Below are positions 59,074-64,000 of a stretch of DNA of 64,000 nucleotides, piece after piece; position 1 is the stretch's first letter; each line of letters opens with the position of its first letter. The stretch is taken from positions 205,566-269,565 of the forward strand of contig JAAXWF010000002.1 of the NCBI GenBank assembly GCA_013335095.1. The letters are read 5' to 3'. The notes below the pieces were generated by a model. That model was not told where the DNA came from. It did not search any database and was given only the letters and a program-made list of their open reading frames with translations. This stretch comes from a candidate division WWE3 bacterium. Lineage in GTDB: Bacteria > Patescibacteriota > 4484-211 > GCA-002791395. Both the position numbers and the translations under genes were made by a program.

Positions 59074-59104
59074 AAAAAAACCTCCACCATATTTCAGGTG
59101 GAGG
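59074..59104 (-). terminator. rho-independent terminator (CCTCCACC-loop-GGTGGAGG + T7 on minus strand)
   Basis: Perfect 8-bp stem followed by TTTTTTTATCC on the minus strand, directly after paralog cassette 1. Marks the left edge of the high-GC island. Confidence 0.65.
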
Positions 59105-59138
59105 CGATTGACTACACGAACGTTACGTTTTGCAGCCT

Positions 59139-59846
59139 TTATGCAGGCTGGTGATCTACAGACTGTGCAGCCGAAGGGGAAAGAATCCCAAGGACCACCT
59201 GCCGATCTTTGATCATCGGCTCGATGTGATCCCGGTAGAATAACACCACTTGAGGCCCCAGTCCCTCAACAACGGGCGCACCGACAAACGAGTCGATGAT
59301 TTGGTCCCGCTCGACGCGGCTTGCCAACCGGAAATGATTAGGGTCGAGGATCTCGACCGGGCACACCCCGGCAATGCCCTGGTAATCGACCGACCAGAGC
59401 ACCATATGCCCAAGCACCCGCTGCACGACCCCGTGATATCCAAACACCAGGGGGTTGCGGGCGTGCTTATACACGATGACGTCACCGTGCTTCCACTCGA
59501 CGTCAGAGAACCGCATAGATGCCATGGTTACGGCACGGCTGCGCTGATAAAGCTCCTCAGCGCCCCGGGCGAGGTCGATCTTCTGGCGCATCACCATCCG
59601 CGCGTGCCAGCTAGCCGCGAAGCAGCCGACAGAGAACAACGCCATGCCAATAAGATCGAGAGAATCGACCGGGATCCAACCCGGTAGTGGCTCTCGAAGA
59701 AAAACAACGAACACGAAGCTCACCACGAGCCTTACGAGGGCCACGCCCATCGTAAAGTACCCAACAAACCCCCAGACACTGCCGGGACCTTCATCGGACG
59801 AAAGATTGGCATCAGCCATCTCTCCACGGGTAATGGATGTAGACAT
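59139..59846 (-). CDS. paralog 1 of a 2-TM membrane protein family (island cassette), unknown function
   Basis: Starts MSTS after GGAGG-n4-ATG. Two N-terminal TMs. C-terminal domain with W-x-[HND]-G-D-[VI]-[ILV], Y-[HG]-G, LxLW motifs shared with three downstream paralogs. Approx 58% GC. Confidence 0.6.
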   Translation of the reverse strand: MSTSITRGEMADANLSSDEGPGSVWGFVGYFTMGVALVRLVVSFVFVVFLREPLPGWIPVDSLDLIGMALFSVGCFAASWHARMVMRQKIDLARGAEELYQRSRAVTMASMRFSDVEWKHGDVIVYKHARNPLVFGYHGVVQRVLGHMVLWSVDYQGIAGVCPVEILDPNHFRLASRVERDQIIDSFVGAPVVEGLGPQVVLFYRDHIEPMIKDRQVVLGILSPSAAQSVDHQPA

Positions 59847-59893
59847 ACATGTCCTCCAGGATAAAACGGCTAGACCCGATGTCTAGCATTGTA

Positions 59894-59904
59894 GAACAAC
59901 TTAA
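59894..59904 (-). promoter_or_regulatory. extended -10 promoter TCTGGTATAAT for paralog 1 (family-conserved)
   Basis: The same T[CT]TG[AG]TATA[AC]T element recurs approx 45-50 nt upstream of each of the four paralog start codons: 59894-59904, 60716-60725, 61550-61560, 62393-62403. Confidence 0.5.
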
Positions 59905-59998
59905 TTATACCAGACCTATAATAGTTAGAGTTGTATAAAAAATGACCCGCATCTTAATTTGATACGGGTCGATATTACGAGAGTAAGAACAAGGCAGA

Positions 59999-60661
59999 CT
60001 AGGCCTGTGTGAGACTGCATGCACCATCGCTTGGAGTAATTGCTCCAAGCATATAAAAAATCGTTTCATCCATAAATAGCTGATCCAGCGCGTAGCGGGG
60101 CGACTCGGTGCCATAGAGCGTATCAAGCGGCCGATTCACCATCCAGCCTAATATCTGGACTCGCTCGGCTGGAGTTGCTAAACGATAGTCAAAAAAGTGC
60201 CGATCATTCACATCAGTCCAGCTGATGCAACCATTTAGTGCCGGACCCCACAAGAGCAAGATGCCAAAGCGTAGTTCAACGATCCCGTAGTTACCTGGAA
60301 TCCATTGTTCAAAAGGTTCCTTCAACAAGATCACATCACCGTTGGCCCATTCCGGATCGAGTGAAAGATCGTCACCGGGTGTTGTAGTACGTGTTTTATT
60401 ATCACGCATCTCAACCCTGAGGATCACGGTAATCAGTAGGCTAACAAGGCTAACACCAATAGCCATTGCTACTTGTTCCGAACGACGATACTGGAGATCG
60501 ATAATCCACAGTTGGTCAGGCCAATAGATGAGGATTGTTTGACCGATGGTTTTAGCGAAAACCATAACTCCGGCGACAATCATCATGCCGACACTAATGG
60601 CTGATGAAGTCACGACCAGAAAGGTAGAAAAAATCTTCCACAACCGTTGCCCCGAAGACAT
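59999..60661 (-). CDS. paralog 2 of 2-TM family
   Basis: True start ATG 60661 (MSSGQRLWKIF) preceded by AGGAGGAAGACT. The ORF-track TTG start 60703 is probably not used. Own promoter TTGATATACT and own terminator (59944-59970). Confidence 0.6.
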   Translation of the reverse strand: MSSGQRLWKIFSTFLVVTSSAISVGMMIVAGVMVFAKTIGQTILIYWPDQLWIIDLQYRRSEQVAMAIGVSLVSLLITVILRVEMRDNKTRTTTPGDDLSLDPEWANGDVILLKEPFEQWIPGNYGIVELRFGILLLWGPALNGCISWTDVNDRHFFDYRLATPAERVQILGWMVNRPLDTLYGTESPRYALDQLFMDETIFYMLGAITPSDGACSLTQA

Positions 60662-60810
60662 AGTCTTCCTCCTTGAATACATCGCCACTTGCTCACGCCA
60701 CAAAGAGACGCGCCCAGTATATCAAATGTAATAATTTTTATGAGTAAATAGTAAAAACCCGCCACACAGATGTGCAGCGGGTCCAAGTTAGGCGAACAAT
60801 GGTCTTGAAC

Positions 60811-61497
60811 TTACTCGGCCTGTGCAGCCGGCCCCCACAGAGTGGGGTCTTCCTGAGTAGGATACTCCTCGGCTTCACGCTCGCGGAGATACTCGACGTG
60901 CTCGGTCAGCGCCTGGGCGAGGATGGTACGAACAAACAGAGCATCCAGCTCGGATACCCCATCAGCGTTGAATCGCACATCGGGCGCCTTATCGGCCAGC
61001 CAGGTGATGATCTGGTCGTACTCAGCCGGAGTCACCCGACGAAAGGCTTGGGGATTAAGGCTGGGGCAAACCCAGCTGATCTTCCCATCAAGGGTCGGCT
61101 GCCACAGGAGCAGCTTCCCCCATCGGATTTCGGCCATCCCGTAGGCATTAATTGCATACGGGTCCCGAATACCGTCAGCGATGATGATATCACCATCTGA
61201 CCAGCACTCGTCAGCTCGGGGCCGCATGTGAGCCGGATCCTCGCTGATCTGGTCGAGCACCGCGGCGATGTTCCCGCTGATGAGGTGGTGGCTTTTATAG
61301 AACGCTGCCGTTCCTGCCATCGAGAAGATCGCAACGAACAGGGCGTCCCAACCGTCACGCCCAATCAGGTGTCGGCCATGCCCCAGTATGCTAATCAAGA
61401 TCAGCACACCGATGTAGCACAGAGATCCGACAGCCATCAGGCGATGGGCCTCGGTTGACCGATTGTCGAGCTCCTCCTCCGTGAACTTAGAAGACAT
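60811..61497 (-). CDS. paralog 3 of 2-TM family
   Basis: True start ATG 61497 (MSSKFTEEEL) after AGGAGGAAGACA. Motifs WSDGDIII, YGMAEIRWGKLLLWQP. Own promoter TCTGATATAAT and terminator (60752-60782). Confidence 0.6.
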   Translation of the reverse strand: MSSKFTEEELDNRSTEAHRLMAVGSLCYIGVLILISILGHGRHLIGRDGWDALFVAIFSMAGTAAFYKSHHLISGNIAAVLDQISEDPAHMRPRADECWSDGDIIIADGIRDPYAINAYGMAEIRWGKLLLWQPTLDGKISWVCPSLNPQAFRRVTPAEYDQIITWLADKAPDVRFNADGVSELDALFVRTILAQALTEHVEYLREREAEEYPTQEDPTLWGPAAQAE

Positions 61498-61630
61498 TGT
61501 CTTCCTCCTGGCCATACGGCCTCTTCCATTTCGCCACAAAAGCATATTTATTATATCAGACCCATAATATAAAAAGAAGCCCTACTGCATGTGATCTACA
61601 GTAGGGCAAAAAATAAGGCAAAGGCCTTGG

Positions 61631-62338
61631 TTAGTTTGTAGTTATAGTACGACCTTTTAGCAGCTCCCTGAACCAGTCTTCGAGTTTTTCCGGAGCATGA
61701 TAGCGCTCGAGTTCCTCGTTAAGTTGAGGCGCAATATGGGCATGGAAAAACGCTAGATCATCGGGATGAACCTTGGCACCTCCCAACGGGGTTAAAAGTT
61801 TGGTGTTAAACATCCACCCCAAGATCTTGCGGATCTCCCGATCATCGGCCAACCGAAACATCGACGGATCGGCTGAATCAAGAATTGTATAGGTTAGGTG
61901 TCCACCCACCGTTGGTGCCCATAAGCACAATACACCCCGACGGATCATGACCATGCCGTAAAGTCCCGGGACAAAGGCATTGTTGACCCCGTGCCGCACA
62001 AGCACGTCGCCATCGCTCCAGATACTATCGGGCGCACGAGGACCTCGATCAGGCATCGGTGCATCCACAAAGCGTATAGGCTTGAAAGTAGTCGCCGCAT
62101 ACAAATTGACCAAGGCCCAAAGGGCAAAGATCGCCGAATATGCAAGCAAGGTCAACACAATCCCTTCCCAATCCGAGATGTGTGTAGGGGACCAATTCGG
62201 AACCATCCGCGATATCGTCATGATGACGATTAATGCAATTGAAGCACAGACGAGCAAACCACTGCCTGCTAGGGCAATAAAGCCCATCCAGCGCAAGCGA
62301 TGCAGGTCTTCCTGCGAAAGGCTAGGTTCTGAAGACAT
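61631..62338 (-). CDS. paralog 4 of 2-TM family
   Basis: True start ATG 62338 (MSSEPSLSQ) after GGAGGAGATT. Motifs WSDGDVLV, YGMVMIRRGVLCLWAP. Own promoter TTTGATATAAT and terminator (61571-61607). Confidence 0.6.
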   Translation of the reverse strand: MSSEPSLSQEDLHRLRWMGFIALAGSGLLVCASIALIVIMTISRMVPNWSPTHISDWEGIVLTLLAYSAIFALWALVNLYAATTFKPIRFVDAPMPDRGPRAPDSIWSDGDVLVRHGVNNAFVPGLYGMVMIRRGVLCLWAPTVGGHLTYTILDSADPSMFRLADDREIRKILGWMFNTKLLTPLGGAKVHPDDLAFFHAHIAPQLNEELERYHAPEKLEDWFRELLKGRTITTN

Positions 62339-62455
62339 AATCTCCTCCACATGTCCGTTAAAGGACCCTCCGACACCGTTAAAAGCAAAAATATTATATC
62401 AAACCCATAGATGGAAATATCTGGATGTATTTTAGTACACCCAGATTGTTTATAG

Positions 62456-63109
62456 CTACACAAGGCCCAATGCGGCATACCATGCGTCCGAGTCTTCGAA
62501 ACGCCCTGCCGGAATATAGGAGGGAACTAACGCGTGGCCCATGCTTAGGAGTGGTATATAGCGCTTGGTCCAATCGTCGCTATAATTAACCCGCTCCATC
62601 ACCAGAATCAACTTTGTCGACCCTGGTACAATTCGGCCGACCTCACGTAAGGCTGACCGACGTCCGAATTCCAGAACAGCAACAGAATTTGGAAAACATT
62701 CCATTGCCGCGACGAATTGAACTAATTCATTCACATTCACATCGAGCACCGGCACCACCAAGACCCCTTCAGCAGCCTGAAGGTGATCCAAAAGTAGTGC
62801 ATACCGTGCCCAGCAGATACGCGATGAAATCAAGGCGACGCAGATGTGGCAGAATGATGGGCCGATCTCTGCGATCGCCGTATTCACATCGGTATAGCAG
62901 CCCAGGCTCGGGCCTAACTCTTGTAGGGAGATCCATTCCAGACCACCACAACAAGGAAGTCGATCATACCGGACATGTACATCGTCTGAGTCGAGTACGG
63001 CTAAGATAGGACTCGAAAGCACCACTGAGCCCAATCGGTCCAACAGATCATCACAAGGATCAAGAAGAACAACGACCGACGTGTCCGGATACATCGTCAA
63101 AAATGTCAT
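62456..63109 (-). CDS. Cys-rich hypothetical protein in high-GC island (start uncertain)
   Basis: The maximal ORF runs 62456..63577 (373 aa) but its first approx 70 codons overlap the tig start on the opposite strand. An internal Met at 63109 is the first start that avoids tig. Sixteen Cys residues (counted over the full 373-aa ORF). No known domain. The opposite-strand ORF is R-rich (antisense-like). Confidence 0.3.
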   Translation of the reverse strand: MTFLTMYPDTSVVVLLDPCDDLLDRLGSVVLSSPILAVLDSDDVHVRYDRLPCCGGLEWISLQELGPSLGCYTDVNTAIAEIGPSFCHICVALISSRICWARYALLLDHLQAAEGVLVVPVLDVNVNELVQFVAAMECFPNSVAVLEFGRRSALREVGRIVPGSTKLILVMERVNYSDDWTKRYIPLLSMGHALVPSYIPAGRFEDSDAWYAALGLV

Positions 63110-63359
63110 GAGATGATGTATATCCACGTGTGCTGGCAGACAGATAAGACGATGTCCAGATACTTTTTGCCAGATCGACAAAAAGCAATACCACCGACGA
63201 ATCCTTGGAATTGTCGGTAGGACTACGACCACAGTCCGAGACGCTTGGCTCAATGAAAGCCTCCTTACGATTAATCCGCCACAAAAACTGGCACTATCAT
63301 TATAGATTATCCCTGCAGAAGCGGTTGGTAACTCTGTACAACCTGTATATAATGATCGA

Positions 63360-64000
63360 ATGCAAATTAAAGTTGATACCCAAAAGAACGGTACGGTTGT
63401 CATTTCGGCTACCGCATCAGTCGATGAAGCAATAGCAGCTCGAGACCAAGTCGTCGCAAAATATGCTCCACAGATGAAAATCCAAGGATTTCGTCCCGGA
63501 AAAGCACCTAAAGCGTTAATCGAAAAGAGTGTTAAAACAGATAAACTCGCCGAAGAAACACTTTCAATCCTCGCCACCCAAGGTTACAACCAGGCAATTA
63601 TCGAAAATAAATTAAACCCGATTACGCAACCAAGCGTGAGTATTCCCGCCGCAAAAGATGCACAAACCACCGAAGATTCGCTCAAAGTAATTTGGCCAAA
63701 AGCGATCGAAGAGGGGATCGAGATTGAAATTCTTACGTTCATTAACCCCGAAATCTCATTAGAAGGATGGGAAAAGGCCGTAACATCAGCTAAATCTGAA
63801 CCCGCAATCGAAGTAGCAAAAGACATTAAAGAAGCCAAAGAAAAAGGCAAAAAAAATAAAAAAGATTCGGAGAACGTCGAAGAACCCGCACCCGAGTTAA
63901 CCCCAGAGCAGAAAGATCAATATCTCGAAGACAATATTCTCAATGCACTAGTAACCGAAGTTAAATTTGAGCTGCCTGATGCACTGGTACGAGGAGAAAC
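63360..64000 (+). CDS. tig: trigger factor, N-terminal part (3' end outside window)
   Basis: MQIKVDTQKNGTVVISATASVDEAIAARDQVVAKYAPQMKIQGFRPGKAPKALIEKSV carries the ribosome-binding GFRxGxxP signature. Frame read continuously to the window end. In-frame stop at 63303 upstream. Absent from the ORF track only because it has no stop in the window. Confidence 0.8.
   Translation, partial: MQIKVDTQKNGTVVISATASVDEAIAARDQVVAKYAPQMKIQGFRPGKAPKALIEKSVKTDKLAEETLSILATQGYNQAIIENKLNPITQPSVSIPAAKDAQTTEDSLKVIWPKAIEEGIEIEILTFINPEISLEGWEKAVTSAKSEPAIEVAKDIKEAKEKGKKNKKDSENVEEPAPELTPEQKDQYLEDNILNALVTEVKFELPDALVRGE

Noticed and set aside
62614-63009. 131-aa + strand ORF in the high-GC island
   Set aside because: Arg-rich translation (antisense signature) opposite the longer minus-strand ORF.
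63584-63850. 88-aa minus-strand ORF
   Set aside because: Antisense to the clearly recognisable tig reading frame.

Overview
This 64-kb window is low-GC (about 40%), gene-dense bacterial chromosome with the flavour of a reduced-genome monoderm (Patescibacteria/CPR-like or Firmicutes-like). I cannot confirm taxonomy without a search.

Recognisable housekeeping genes:
- xseA/xseB (exonuclease VII)
- yaaA
- umuD/umuC
- a short rel (RelA/SpoT) homolog
- htpX
- an M16 peptidase
- an SDR oxidoreductase
- a CDP-alcohol phosphatidyltransferase
- an RND efflux pump
- a CPBP protease
- the 5' part of tig
- tRNA-Phe(GAA) and tRNA-Leu(UAG)

Surface and attachment functions dominate the rest. There are at least seven proteins with prepilin-type N-termini (G-F-[ST]-L/I-[IV]-E-[VLF] followed by a hydrophobic helix). 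Several secreted proteins carry dockerin-type repeats: two multi-domain clan GH-A glycoside hydrolases with CBM-like modules, one of which also has a C-terminal SGNH esterase; a pectate-lyase-fold beta-helix protein; and a CHAP-domain wall hydrolase.

Four regions look accessory or novel:
1. A translationally coupled MazG-like pyrophosphohydrolase plus DUF2075 nuclease/ATPase pair (16131-18343).
2. A 4.2-kb high-GC island (about 59100-63300) carrying four tandem, individually promoted and terminated, highly diverged paralogous 2-TM protein cassettes.
3. An ArsR-regulated DUF302::glutaredoxin fusion with a perfect 12-6-12 palindromic operator.
4. An 806-bp intergenic region densely packed with perfect hairpins (27270-28075).

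Short, anomalously GC-rich genes (55-65% GC) are scattered through the AT-rich backbone. No rRNA, CRISPR array, integrase or transposase was recognised.
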